Part shown: piece after piece, positions 28,985 to 37,777 of the stretch
How positions within the stretch are numbered: position 1 is the first letter of the stretch
How the letters are laid out: each line of letters starts with the position of its first letter
The notes under the pieces: model-generated
What the model saw: only the letters and a program-made list of their open reading frames with translations
The model's database searches: none
What the model was told of the DNA's origin: nothing
Position numbers and translations under genes: made by a program
NCBI GenBank assembly: GCA_964556785.1
Contig: CAZKXM010000001.1
Coordinates: 1 to 60,762 of the forward strand
Length of the DNA stretch: 60,762 bases
Source of the DNA: an uncultured Bacteroides sp.
Lineage (GTDB): Bacteria; Bacteroidota; Bacteroidia; Bacteroidales; Muribaculaceae
Reading direction: 5' to 3'

Positions 28985-29646
28985 CTCTGCTCGCGATTTT
29001 CGATGCCGCATCGATCTTCCAGTGGGTTGTTGACAATGCGAGCTACTGGCTGGTGTTCCTTCTGATGACGGTTGAGAGTTCGTTCATACCGTTTCCGAGC
29101 GAGGTTGTGGTTCCCCCGGCAGCCTACATTGCCTGTACTACGGGCAACATGAACGTTTGGCTCGTGGCACTGGCCGCAACCGCGGGAGCAGTGTGCGGCG
29201 CCTTGATAAACTATTATCTCTCGCTGTGGATTGGCCGCCCCATCGTCTATGCCTTCGCGCGCAGCCGCTTTGGCCACGCATGCCTGATCACCCCTGAAAA
29301 GGTGCAGCATGCCGAGTCGTATTTCGACCGCCACGGAGCCGCATCGACATTCATAGGGCGGCTCATCCCCGCCGTGCGTCAGCTGATCTCGATTCCGGCC
29401 GGACTGGCGCGCATGAACATCGGCATATTCATCATTTTCACAGCCCTCGGAGCGCTGGTGTGGAACGCCATCCTGACACTCCTCGGCTGGTGGCTCGGGA
29501 AAACCGTGCCTCTCGCCGATCTATTCAATAAGGTGGAGCAATACAACGATTATCTCACCTATGCCGGCGTGGCGCTCGGGGTGCTCGTTGTGGGCTTCAT
29601 TCTCTGGAATGCCTTCAAACCTAACCATATACCAGAAAAACAATGA
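28981..29646 (+). CDS. DedA family membrane protein
   Basis: ..VESSFIPFPSEVVVPPA.. and GRLIPAVRQLISIPAG. It has a 4-nt overlap with the upstream gene. Confidence 0.85.
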   Translation: MTLLAIFDAASIFQWVVDNASYWLVFLLMTVESSFIPFPSEVVVPPAAYIACTTGNMNVWLVALAATAGAVCGALINYYLSLWIGRPIVYAFARSRFGHACLITPEKVQHAESYFDRHGAASTFIGRLIPAVRQLISIPAGLARMNIGIFIIFTALGALVWNAILTLLGWWLGKTVPLADLFNKVEQYNDYLTYAGVALGVLVVGFILWNAFKPNHIPEKQ

Positions 29647-30290
29647 CACAAGTATCGCCCTCTCTCCTCTCAGCCGATTTCGCAAATCTGGGGCGTGATG
29701 TCGAGATGCTCAACGAGAGCCGCGCGTCGATGATCCATATCGACGTGATGGACGGTGTGTTCGTGCCCAATATCTCGTTCGGATTCCCGGTTCTGAAATC
29801 GATTCAGCCCATTGCGCGCAAACCCCTTGACGTTCATCTGATGATCGTCGATCCGGGGAAATTCGCAAATCAGGTCAGAGACATCGGTGCCGAAATCATG
29901 AACGTGCATGTCGAGGCGTGCACTCACCTTCACCGCACAATCCAGCAAATCAAGGGTGCGGGGATGAAAGCAGCCGTGACACTCAATCCGGCGACCCCGG
30001 TGTGCATGCTTGAGGAGATTGTGACCGACGTCGACATGATCCTGCTGATGTCGGTCAATCCCGGCTTCGGCGGTCAGAAATTTATCCCTACCACGGTTGA
30101 CAAGGTACGCCGTGTGCGTCAGCTGATCGCTCAAAGCGGCTCGAAAGCCCTGATTGAGGTTGACGGCGGCGTTAATCTTGAAACAGGCCGCGCTCTTGTC
30201 GATGCTGGTGCCGACATCCTTGTTGCGGGCAACTACGTCTTCGCTGCCCCCGATCCCAAGGCGGCGATTGCCGGACTCGCCGATCTCTGA
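29643..30290 (+). CDS. rpe: ribulose-phosphate 3-epimerase
   Basis: SLLSADFANL.., HIDVMDG.FVPN, VNPGFGGQKF. Confidence 0.93.
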   Translation: MTQVSPSLLSADFANLGRDVEMLNESRASMIHIDVMDGVFVPNISFGFPVLKSIQPIARKPLDVHLMIVDPGKFANQVRDIGAEIMNVHVEACTHLHRTIQQIKGAGMKAAVTLNPATPVCMLEEIVTDVDMILLMSVNPGFGGQKFIPTTVDKVRRVRQLIAQSGSKALIEVDGGVNLETGRALVDAGADILVAGNYVFAAPDPKAAIAGLADL

Positions 30291-30299
30291 CAGCAACCG

Positions 30300-31343
30300 A
30301 TGGCGACAGCCCTGCTCTTTAATCCGCAGAATGATCTTGCATTGGCCGCAGCCACGGAGAGTTATACTCCTCCGCGTGCTGCGGCTCAATTTGCTGCCGC
30401 CGGAGCTCTTTTGCCGGCATGGTGGGCGGGTGAGGATGACACAGTTGTTGCTCCCGGCCTCAGAGATGATGCCGCGTGGCTGCGGCGCGAATACGGGCTG
30501 CGGTTCAATCTCGGCGGTGCAGAACATTGCACAAGCGCCGCCCCCTGGGGATGGAGCCGCAATGCAGTGTGGCTGTTTGAGAGGACAGGCATGTCGCCGG
30601 CTGTTCTTCCCTCCGAATTCGACATTGAGCATTACCGTGATCTGAGCCATCGCAAGACGGCGATGAAGGTCAGAGCCCTCCTGGGTGTGTTTCCCGGCTA
30701 CTTAGCTACTGATCTCGATGCAGCAAGGCAGATAATCGATAAGAGGGGGATGCGGCTCTATGCCAAGAGCCCGTGGTCGTGCAGCGGCAGGGGCGTGATG
30801 CCGCTCGAACGCATGTCGGTATCGGCTGCCCTCAGCCATGTCGCGGGAATTATCCGCCGCCAGGGAAGCGTACTCCTTGAAGAAGCCTGGCCACAGGGAA
30901 CAGATATCGCGGCTCTGTATGTCAGACGGGGTGAGACGGTGGAGTTCAACGGATGGTCGATGTTTGAAAGCTCACCGACAGGCGCCTATGCAGGCAATAT
31001 AGTGGCCTCGCAGCAGCAGCTTGAGAGAATGATCGGCGAGCGCACCGACATTGCCGCGCTGCGCGATATTGCAACCCTCACAGGCCATGCCCTCGAAAAG
31101 GTTTTGACTGGGTGTTTCTATAACGGTCAGCTCGGCGTCGACATGCTCATTGCGCCCGACGGCCGGGTGAATCCGTGCATTGAGGTGAATCTGAGGCGAA
31201 CCATGGGCTTTGTGGCACGCGACATCCACAACCGGCTCGGAATAGAGGGACGTCTGGAGATGTCGGCACCCCCGGGCGCCACGATGCTGTGCCCGCCCCG
31301 AGGCTCATTCTCAATCGGCGTTACTCCTCGAGCCGGCGCTTGA
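30300..31343 (+). CDS. conserved hypothetical protein, ATP-grasp-like C-terminal half
   Basis: 347 aa. ..YAKSPWSCSGRGV.. and ..GVDMLIAPDGRVNPCIEVNLRRTMG.. resemble ATP-grasp strands. I recognise no further family. Confidence 0.6.
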   Translation: MATALLFNPQNDLALAAATESYTPPRAAAQFAAAGALLPAWWAGEDDTVVAPGLRDDAAWLRREYGLRFNLGGAEHCTSAAPWGWSRNAVWLFERTGMSPAVLPSEFDIEHYRDLSHRKTAMKVRALLGVFPGYLATDLDAARQIIDKRGMRLYAKSPWSCSGRGVMPLERMSVSAALSHVAGIIRRQGSVLLEEAWPQGTDIAALYVRRGETVEFNGWSMFESSPTGAYAGNIVASQQQLERMIGERTDIAALRDIATLTGHALEKVLTGCFYNGQLGVDMLIAPDGRVNPCIEVNLRRTMGFVARDIHNRLGIEGRLEMSAPPGATMLCPPRGSFSIGVTPRAGA

Positions 31344-31782
31344 AGGCCACCATCTTAACCGCAGTGTCGGCATATTCGGGTCCCTTCTCCAGACGGTCGA
31401 TAGCCTGCTGCTCGTCGTTGACGGTGAGCACACCGAAAATCACCGGGGTGTCGCAATCGGCATTCAGAGCTGTAACGCCCTGAGTGACGCTCTGACACAC
31501 ATAGTCGAAGTGTGGCGTTCCGCCACGTATCACACAGCCGATCACGATCACGGCGTCAAAAAGGCTCGACTCGATGATCTGCGAAGCGGCAAAGGTCAGC
31601 TCGATAGCGCCGGGGACGGTGTAGGTCACCACATCGTCAGTTGCACACCCCAGCTCATGAAGGCGCTTTGCAGCCCCTTCGGCGAGCGGAGTGGTGATGA
31701 AACTGTTCCATTCGGTGGTGACTATTGCAACGCGGAGATTTTCTACGCGGGGAACTTCGGTGTGAGGATTGTGTTGTGACAT
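31321..31782 (-). CDS. ribH: 6,7-dimethyl-8-ribityllumazine synthase
   Basis: ..RVAIVTTEWNSFIT.., VPGAIE.., GCVIRGGTPHFDYV. Confidence 0.93.
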   Translation of the reverse strand: MSQHNPHTEVPRVENLRVAIVTTEWNSFITTPLAEGAAKRLHELGCATDDVVTYTVPGAIELTFAASQIIESSLFDAVIVIGCVIRGGTPHFDYVCQSVTQGVTALNADCDTPVIFGVLTVNDEQQAIDRLEKGPEYADTAVKMVAFKRRLEE

Positions 31783-31798
31783 CGGTAGGATTGATTTT

Positions 31799-32815
31799 TT
31801 ACTTGGGAAACACTTTGTGCCACAGACCCAGAATGTCGAGGCGGCGGCTTTTGGCGTTGAGAAGAATATCGACTATTCGCCGGTGCTCGTCGTTGGCATT
31901 GATCTTCGTGGCCTTGTGTAGCATCGTGTTCAGAAGATGGATGCCCTTGTCGCGCGAGGCCGGGACATTGAGAAGAGCCTCACCGAGATCTATCGACATT
32001 TCGAGTTGACGGCGGTCGAACACGGGGCTGTATTTGGTGAGATATTTCAGGGCACGGGTGTAATACTGCACAGCTTCGCGATGGCGGCCGAGCTGAGCGA
32101 GGGTTTTGCCTTCGGTCTGGAGCGAATCGACAAGCCGCTCGATCGAGTCGGCAATGCCGGAATTCACCATCTGAAGATAAGTTGATGTCGCCACCTGGTA
32201 ATGAGCCAGCAGATTAACCTGCTTTACCCGCGACCGGTAGATTGATGTGGCGGCATTCTGCGCCATGATAACAGCCGAGCCGTAGCGTTCGGGCTGACTC
32301 TTGGCGAGCCGCTCGAAAATCTTGATCGATTTTTCCAGTTCGCGCTCCGCCTGCTTGAACTCGCTGCGCTGTCCGTGGAGATAGGCAATGTCGTAGAGCA
32401 ACGATCCGAGGACAGCCAGAAACGGCTCGTCCTTGCGCTTGGGCTCCTGCGAGAGGAGGGTGAGCGTGGAAGCAGCGTTGACAAGTGCCTCGCTGTAATC
32501 CTCCTTCTCGATCTGCAGCGCCGTGAGAATCTGCATCAGCGCCGAGTGCATGTCGAGCTGCTTGCCTTCGTCAGTGCCCGACCGCATCAGCAGTGCGTCG
32601 GTTTCGCGGATAATGGCTATCGCCTTGTCGATCTCATCGCGCTCAATGCGGTCAATCGCCATGGCGCGGAAAAAATCGAATGCGGTGTTGAACGGCACAT
32701 TGCCCAGGGTGTGGCGCAGCTCGGCCATGGTGGGGTTGCGACGCGCCACCGTGCGGAGGGCTTCAATGTCGCTCGTCGGTGTGATAAACTGATTTTCAAG
32801 CGATATGGCTTTCAT
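31799..32815 (-). CDS. tetratricopeptide-repeat-like helical protein
   Basis: 338 aa, all-helical, with TPR-like A/Y/L periodicity (..REAVQYYTRALKYL..). It lies upstream of ribH. Confidence 0.6.
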   Translation of the reverse strand: MKAISLENQFITPTSDIEALRTVARRNPTMAELRHTLGNVPFNTAFDFFRAMAIDRIERDEIDKAIAIIRETDALLMRSGTDEGKQLDMHSALMQILTALQIEKEDYSEALVNAASTLTLLSQEPKRKDEPFLAVLGSLLYDIAYLHGQRSEFKQAERELEKSIKIFERLAKSQPERYGSAVIMAQNAATSIYRSRVKQVNLLAHYQVATSTYLQMVNSGIADSIERLVDSLQTEGKTLAQLGRHREAVQYYTRALKYLTKYSPVFDRRQLEMSIDLGEALLNVPASRDKGIHLLNTMLHKATKINANDEHRRIVDILLNAKSRRLDILGLWHKVFPK

Positions 32816-32850
32816 CTTGCGTATTTGAAATGGATGCCGTCAGCTATAAC

Positions 32851-32932
32851 GGTTATCATGGCATGCCTGCCCGGCACTGGACCGCCGGAGGCACTTAGGC
32901 GGCAACCGCCATGAGTGGATTCTTTGATAACC
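32851..32932. other. G+C-rich structured element closed by an 8-bp stem (candidate cis-regulatory RNA, class unknown)
   Basis: ggttatca (32851-58) pairs with tgataacc (32925-32). Inside it are mutually exclusive GC helices: ccggc 32871-75 / gccgg 32884-88, and ccgcc 32882-86 / ggcgg 32898-902 / ccgcc 32906-10. Confidence 0.4.
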
Positions 32933-32953
32933 ATTTGCTGTCGATAATTTGTG

Positions 32954-32961
32954 CAAATTTA
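32954..32961 (-). promoter_or_regulatory. -7 box (TAAATTTG on minus strand) for TPR-ribH
   Basis: The plus strand reads caaattta. It would place the structured element 32851-32932 in the 5' leader of the minus-strand transcript. Confidence 0.4.
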
Positions 32962-32962
32962 C

Positions 32963-32970
32963 TATTTTTG
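32963..32970 (+). promoter_or_regulatory. -7 box TATTTTTG for mtnN-luxS
   Basis: It sits back to back with the minus-strand box, 33 nt upstream of ATG 33004. Confidence 0.45.
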
Positions 32971-33003
32971 TGCCATCAAAAGGACTCTTTCAATCTATTT
33001 TTT

Positions 33004-33693
33004 ATGAAAATCGGAATCATCGTAGCCATGGGCAAAGAGCTTGCGCTTCTGCTGCCTCTGATGGAGAACGCCAACGAGATCGAGGCCGACGGCCGCACGT
33101 TTCACACCGGCTCGATCGCGGGTCACGAAATCATAGCGATGCAGAGCGGTATCGGCAAGGTCAACGCTGCCCTGAGCGCACAGAGTCTGATCGATTATTT
33201 CAACCCCTCGCTGGTTATCAACACCGGTGTTGCCGGCGGCACGGGCTACGGAGCGGGGGTGCTCGATGTGGTTGTGGGCGACCGTGTGGCTTACCACGAT
33301 GTGTGGTGCGGTCCCGACACTGTTCCCGGACAGGCTGCGGGATGCCCCGCTTTCTTCGAGAGCGACCCGGCTGTCACCTCACTGGCATGCCTCAATGAGA
33401 ATGCGCCTGAAAACGTGAAGCACGGGCTGGTGTGCTCAGGCGACATCTTCGTAGCGCGACCCGAAGATGTGGAACGGATTCTCGATCTCTATCCCGAGGC
33501 CGAGGCTGTCGACATGGAAAGTGCGGCAATAGCACATGTGTGTCACCTCAACGGGGTACCGTTTTTCTGCATGCGTGTGCTCAGCGACACCCCCGGAGCC
33601 GACGATAACATCAGCCAGTATGAGTCGTTCTGGGACGATGCTCCGAGGTCAACATTCACCCTCCTGACCAATATTCTCGACGAACTCAACTGA
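33004..33693 (+). CDS. mtnN: 5'-methylthioadenosine / S-adenosylhomocysteine nucleosidase
   Basis: MKIGIIVAMGKEL.., SGIGKVNAA.., VDMESAAIAHV. The canonical N-terminus is at ATG 33004. Confidence 0.9.
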   Translation: MKIGIIVAMGKELALLLPLMENANEIEADGRTFHTGSIAGHEIIAMQSGIGKVNAALSAQSLIDYFNPSLVINTGVAGGTGYGAGVLDVVVGDRVAYHDVWCGPDTVPGQAAGCPAFFESDPAVTSLACLNENAPENVKHGLVCSGDIFVARPEDVERILDLYPEAEAVDMESAAIAHVCHLNGVPFFCMRVLSDTPGADDNISQYESFWDDAPRSTFTLLTNILDELN

Positions 33694-34181
33694 TGATGGA
33701 AAAGATACCGTCGTTTACAATTGACCACAACCGTCTGAACCGCGGCATCTACGTGTCGCGGCGCGACTATATGCCTTCGGGCGAATGCCTCACCACTTTC
33801 GACATCAGAATGACCCTCCCCAACCGGGAGCCCGCACTCACTCCCCGGACACTCCACGCCATGGAGCACCTTGCGGCTACCTTTCTGCGCAACGACCCTG
33901 AATGGCGCGAGCGCATAATCTACTGGGGACCGATGGGCTGCTGCACCGGCAACTATCTGATTATCCGCGGAGAGCTCGATCCCCGGGATATCCTGCCGCT
34001 GATCACGCGCACGATGGAGTTTGTGGCCGACTATGAAGGAGAGGTGCCCGGCGCCACTCCACGCGATTGCGGCAACTACTCGTTTATGGATCACGCCGGT
34101 GCACGCGAAGCCGCACGCGCTTTCCTTGACAATACCCTGACCTGCCCCACTGAGGAAAATTTCAATTATCCTGCCGAGTGA
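33693..34181 (+). CDS. luxS: S-ribosylhomocysteine lyase
   Basis: It has the HAMEHL metal motif and ..GPMGCCTG... Its start overlaps the mtnN stop (TGATG). Confidence 0.92.
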   Translation: MMEKIPSFTIDHNRLNRGIYVSRRDYMPSGECLTTFDIRMTLPNREPALTPRTLHAMEHLAATFLRNDPEWRERIIYWGPMGCCTGNYLIIRGELDPRDILPLITRTMEFVADYEGEVPGATPRDCGNYSFMDHAGAREAARAFLDNTLTCPTEENFNYPAE

Positions 34182-34840
34182 AGGATCTTCGCCCCATCAA
34201 AGGTTCATTCTACATCAGCCGTCTCATTGCCGAGGGTGAGCATGAGCACCAGGATTTCAAGTTCGCGATCACCGATGCAAGGAAGATTGCGCGCTCAATC
34301 TCGGCATTTGCCAACAACGACGGCGGCCGACTGCTTGTGGGTGTGAAAGATAACGGAACCGTGGCGGGTGTGAGAAACGAAGAAGATATTTTTGTTGTCG
34401 AACAGGCGGCCGAGATGTATTGCCGGCCGGCACAGACTCTTGTCACCAAGGCCTTCAAGGTTGAAGGCGGTGCTGTGGTTTACTGTGTGGAGATTGCCAG
34501 GTCAGAGCGAAGGCCGGTGGAGGTGAAAGAGAGCGGAGAACTCTGGAAAGCCTATTTCCGGGTTGCTGACGAGAACATAGCCGTGCCCGACTTTATGGTC
34601 CATTCATGGCGCCGTGAGTCGCAAGAGGGAGGAATGATGGTGAGCCTCAGCGGCCCCGAGCGCACCGTTCTTGAAAGTCTTGAATCGGGACTCCACCTCA
34701 CCCCGGCCGATGTGGCGAAAATCGCGCGTGTCACCACCTCAGGCGCCTTCGACATCATTGCCCGGCTCCATGCGCTTGAGCTGACCGAATTTGTCTACAC
34801 CCCAGCAGGATTCCGCATAGCCGGCCGGACAGAACCTTAA
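34178..34840 (+). CDS. AlbA_2 (Schlafen-type 'divergent AAA') domain protein with C-terminal winged-helix-like region, putative regulator
   Basis: ..EGEHEHQDFKF....IARSISAFANNDGGRLLVGVKDNGTVAGV.. is the AlbA_2 core. The GTG start overlaps the luxS stop (GTGA). Confidence 0.6.
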   Translation: MKDLRPIKGSFYISRLIAEGEHEHQDFKFAITDARKIARSISAFANNDGGRLLVGVKDNGTVAGVRNEEDIFVVEQAAEMYCRPAQTLVTKAFKVEGGAVVYCVEIARSERRPVEVKESGELWKAYFRVADENIAVPDFMVHSWRRESQEGGMMVSLSGPERTVLESLESGLHLTPADVAKIARVTTSGAFDIIARLHALELTEFVYTPAGFRIAGRTEP

Positions 34841-34866
34841 GCCCACTGACTCATAAAAAAACAGCT

Positions 34867-34900
34867 GAGGCTGTGTCGCTTTCATTGTCGACACAGCCTC
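34867..34900. terminator. bidirectional terminator between the AlbA_2 gene and the OMP gene
   Basis: 12-bp stem gaggctgtgtcg / cgacacagcctc. It is flanked by A7 upstream and a T-rich tail downstream. Confidence 0.75.
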
Positions 34901-34925
34901 GCGTTATTGTTTGTTTCCGGTTTTA

Positions 34926-35534
34926 TCAGAAGATATATGCGGCGGTAACGGTCCAGTAACGGTTCTTGCCATCGATGCCATTGCCCTGCACAACATTCAG
35001 TGTGTCAAGTGCCTTGGTAAGACCGAGGCCGTAGCTTGCAGCCAGCTGAAGGTGACGAAGAAGCTCGACACCGAACCCGAAATTCCATGCTACGTCGACA
35101 CTCTTGTTCTTGTAGGCGTTCTCAATGTCCTTTTTGCTTGTGAGGAACGCTACGCTCGGACCGGTCGTTACAAAAGGCGCGATGATGCGCGACACCGCCG
35201 GAAGACTCAGCTTATACTTGAGGTTGAGCGGAATATCGATATAGTCACGCTGGTTCTTGACAATCTGGTTTGATTCTACAAACTGACCGTTGCGGCGCAC
35301 ATACATCACCGACAGATCGCAGCCCACACCGATCACAGGCACGGTGAACTCTGCCATCAAACCGCCGGTGAAACCGGCACGGTTGTCGCTGTCAAACAGC
35401 TGATCCTTGTCAAAACTCATGCGGCTGACGTCGACACCAGCCTTGATTCCGAAACGGAACTGAGCCTGTGCGGTCATGGCTGAACCGGCAGCCATAGCTA
35501 TCACGAGGCAAACGATTGAGATAAACTTTTTCAT
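34926..35534 (-). CDS. small outer-membrane beta-barrel (porin family / OmpW-OmpA-like) protein
   Basis: The signal peptide is MKKFISIVCLVIAMAAGSAMTAQAQ. It has alternating beta strands and a terminal ..TVTAAYIF. A TATCTTTG box on the minus strand lies at 35559-35566. Confidence 0.75.
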   Translation of the reverse strand: MKKFISIVCLVIAMAAGSAMTAQAQFRFGIKAGVDVSRMSFDKDQLFDSDNRAGFTGGLMAEFTVPVIGVGCDLSVMYVRRNGQFVESNQIVKNQRDYIDIPLNLKYKLSLPAVSRIIAPFVTTGPSVAFLTSKKDIENAYKNKSVDVAWNFGFGVELLRHLQLAASYGLGLTKALDTLNVVQGNGIDGKNRYWTVTAAYIF

Positions 35535-35596
35535 AATATGAAACATTTTTTTACGTCACAAAGATAAAGAATTTTGCCGTCTTCGCAAAAGTTGAG

Positions 35597-35604
35597 TAAT
35601 TTTG
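35597..35604 (+). promoter_or_regulatory. -7 box TAATTTTG for purE operon
   Basis: It lies 35 nt upstream of ATG 35640. Confidence 0.5.
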
Positions 35605-35639
35605 GAGGTATAATTTTCAGCCCCACTAATTCATAAGGA

Positions 35640-36146
35640 ATGACACCTATCGTAAGTATCATAATGGGAAGCACAAGCGATCTTCCCGTGCTCAAAAAAG
35701 CGGCCGAGTTTCTCAATGCAATGGAGGTGCCGTTTGAAATGAACGCTCTGTCGGCCCACCGCACCCCCGCCGAGGTGGAGGATTTTGCCAAAAGCGCCAA
35801 ATCGCGCGGCATCAAGGTTATAATTGCCGCCGCCGGTATGGCAGCGGCTCTCCCGGGAGTCATTGCGGCAATGACACCTGTTCCTGTGATCGGTGTGCCT
35901 ATCTCGTCAACCCTTCAGGGAAATGACGCCCTGCTGGCGATAGTGCAGATGCCTCCGGGAATCCCTGTGGCAACTGTTGCAATCGACGGAGCCTACAATG
36001 CCGCGGTGCTGGCCGTTCAGATCCTCAGCCTGAGCGATTCAGACTTAGCCGGGCGCTACGACACGTTCCGTCTGTCGCTCAGCAACAAGATTGTCCAGGC
36101 AAACCGCGAGCTCTCCGAGTTGAAATACAAGTTCAAGACCAACTGA
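35640..36146 (+). CDS. purE: 5-(carboxyamino)imidazole ribonucleotide mutase
   Basis: IIMGSTSDL.., SAHRTP.., AAGMAAALPGV. Confidence 0.93.
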   Translation: MTPIVSIIMGSTSDLPVLKKAAEFLNAMEVPFEMNALSAHRTPAEVEDFAKSAKSRGIKVIIAAAGMAAALPGVIAAMTPVPVIGVPISSTLQGNDALLAIVQMPPGIPVATVAIDGAYNAAVLAVQILSLSDSDLAGRYDTFRLSLSNKIVQANRELSELKYKFKTN

Positions 36147-37777
36147 TGTCAGGCTACAATTACTCGCGCCGGCCCACGTCGGAAGTGAGGGTTGGCAATG
36201 TAGTGATCGGCGGGGATAATCCTGTGCGACTGCAATCGATGACCAACACCTCGACAATGGATACGCCCGCGAGCGTTGATCAGTGTGAGCGCATTGCGCG
36301 TGCCGGAGCCGACATTATCCGCCTCACTGCCCAAGGTGTGCGCGAAAGCGAGAACCTGTCTGAAATCCGTACCCGGCTGCGGGAGCGTGGAATCGGCACA
36401 CCGCTTGTGGCCGACATCCATTTCAATCCCAAAGCAGCCTTTGAAGCGGCGCGGAGGGTTGAGAAGGTGCGCATAAATCCGGGAAACTTCGTCGATCCCG
36501 GTCGCACGTTCCGCAAAATTGAGTATACCGACGCCGAATATGCTGCCGAGCTTTCGAAAATCGACACCGTTTTCGGCGATTTCCTCGATACCTGCAAGGC
36601 AAACGACACAGCCATTCGCCTCGGGGTGAATCATGGCTCTCTGTCAGACAGAATAATGAGTCGATATGGCGACACTCCGGCAGGAATGGTGGAGAGCGCC
36701 ATGGAATTTCTGAGAGTGGCGCGCAGCCGCGATTTCAACCGCATTGTGATCTCCATCAAGGCCTCCAACGTCAGGGTGATGATCAATACTGTCAGGCTGC
36801 TGGTCAAAGCGATGGATGCCGAAGACATGCACTTCCCGCTCCACCTTGGAGTGACTGAAGCGGGCGACGGCGAAGATGGCCGCGTGAAGAGCGCTGTCGG
36901 GATCGGGACGCTCCTTGCCGAGGGAATCGGCGACACGATCCGTGTGTCGCTCAGCGAAGCGCCTGAGTGTGAAATACCTGTGGCAAAACTCCTTGCCGAC
37001 TATTATGCATCACTCGCTCAGGCACCGTTGATCGACACACCCACCGCCGATGCTCCGAGGACGGAGGTGAACGATCCGCTGGTTGCTGGAAACAACCCTG
37101 AAGCTGGCTACGACCCCGACCGTCGTCCCGACATTTTTGCCGGTGATCAGCGGTTGGTGGAATGGAACGCCTCATCATCTCTTCCTATTGTGAAACCTGA
37201 CAGCATAATCCTGCTGTCGACCGATCATCCGAATTTCGGAGGATCTGTCCGCGAGGCTGTCGACCGGCTCCGTCTGAACGGCATAATGAACCGTGTGATT
37301 GTAAAAGCAGATCTGGGTCACCGGAATGCCGACGAGGCACGGGTGCTCGCCGCTGCTATGCTCGGGCCGCTGCTGATCGACGGCTATGCCGGAGGTATAA
37401 TGGTCAAGGCCGACTCCCTGACCGAGGCAGAGGCCGCATCGCTCGCCTTCTCCATCCTGCAGGCAGCCCGCCTGAGGGTGACAAAAACGGAATACATCGC
37501 CTGCCCCGGATGCGGACGCACTCTGTTCGACCTTCAGGAGACTCTCAAAAAGGTTAAGGATGCAACTTCAGGTCTCAAAGGGCTCAAAATAGGTGTGATG
37601 GGATGTATTGTGAACGGCCCGGGAGAGATGGCCGATGCCGACTACGGATATGTTGGCGCGGCAGCCGGACACGTCAGCCTGTACAAAGGAAAGCAATGCA
37701 TCAGGCGCAATATTCCCCAGGATCATGCCGTAGAGGCTCTTGTTGAGTATCTGCGATCAGAAGGCCACGATTTATGA
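36146..37777 (+). CDS. ispG: 4-hydroxy-3-methylbut-2-en-1-yl diphosphate synthase (long form)
   Basis: ..VGNVVIGGDNPVRLQSMTNT.., RINPGN.., C-terminal CPGCGRT and GCIVNGPGE. Confidence 0.92.
   Translation: MSGYNYSRRPTSEVRVGNVVIGGDNPVRLQSMTNTSTMDTPASVDQCERIARAGADIIRLTAQGVRESENLSEIRTRLRERGIGTPLVADIHFNPKAAFEAARRVEKVRINPGNFVDPGRTFRKIEYTDAEYAAELSKIDTVFGDFLDTCKANDTAIRLGVNHGSLSDRIMSRYGDTPAGMVESAMEFLRVARSRDFNRIVISIKASNVRVMINTVRLLVKAMDAEDMHFPLHLGVTEAGDGEDGRVKSAVGIGTLLAEGIGDTIRVSLSEAPECEIPVAKLLADYYASLAQAPLIDTPTADAPRTEVNDPLVAGNNPEAGYDPDRRPDIFAGDQRLVEWNASSSLPIVKPDSIILLSTDHPNFGGSVREAVDRLRLNGIMNRVIVKADLGHRNADEARVLAAAMLGPLLIDGYAGGIMVKADSLTEAEAASLAFSILQAARLRVTKTEYIACPGCGRTLFDLQETLKKVKDATSGLKGLKIGVMGCIVNGPGEMADADYGYVGAAAGHVSLYKGKQCIRRNIPQDHAVEALVEYLRSEGHDL

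Noticed and set aside
29670-30650. A 326-aa antisense ORF spanning the rpe / ATP-grasp-like gene junction.
   Set aside because: It crosses an intergenic gap only because no stop falls there. Its composition is Arg/Gly/Cys-rich and there is no start context, so I treat it as an artefact.
32851-32932. Assigning the structured element to the SAM-I, SAH or FMN riboswitch classes.
   Set aside because: The SAM-I core (GGAGGGA, the P4 arm), the FMN core order (GGGCAGGGUGAAAUUCCC before ACCGGCGGU, plus the 3' half) and the SAH pseudoknot motifs are all absent. Only short fragments match. I report it as class-unknown.
32911-33003. ATG 32911 as the mtnN start (260-aa track ORF).
   Set aside because: The extension (MSGFFDNHLLSIICANLLFLCHQ..) is not Pfs-like, and it contains both -7 promoter boxes. 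The canonical MKIGIIVAMGKE N-terminus begins at 33004.
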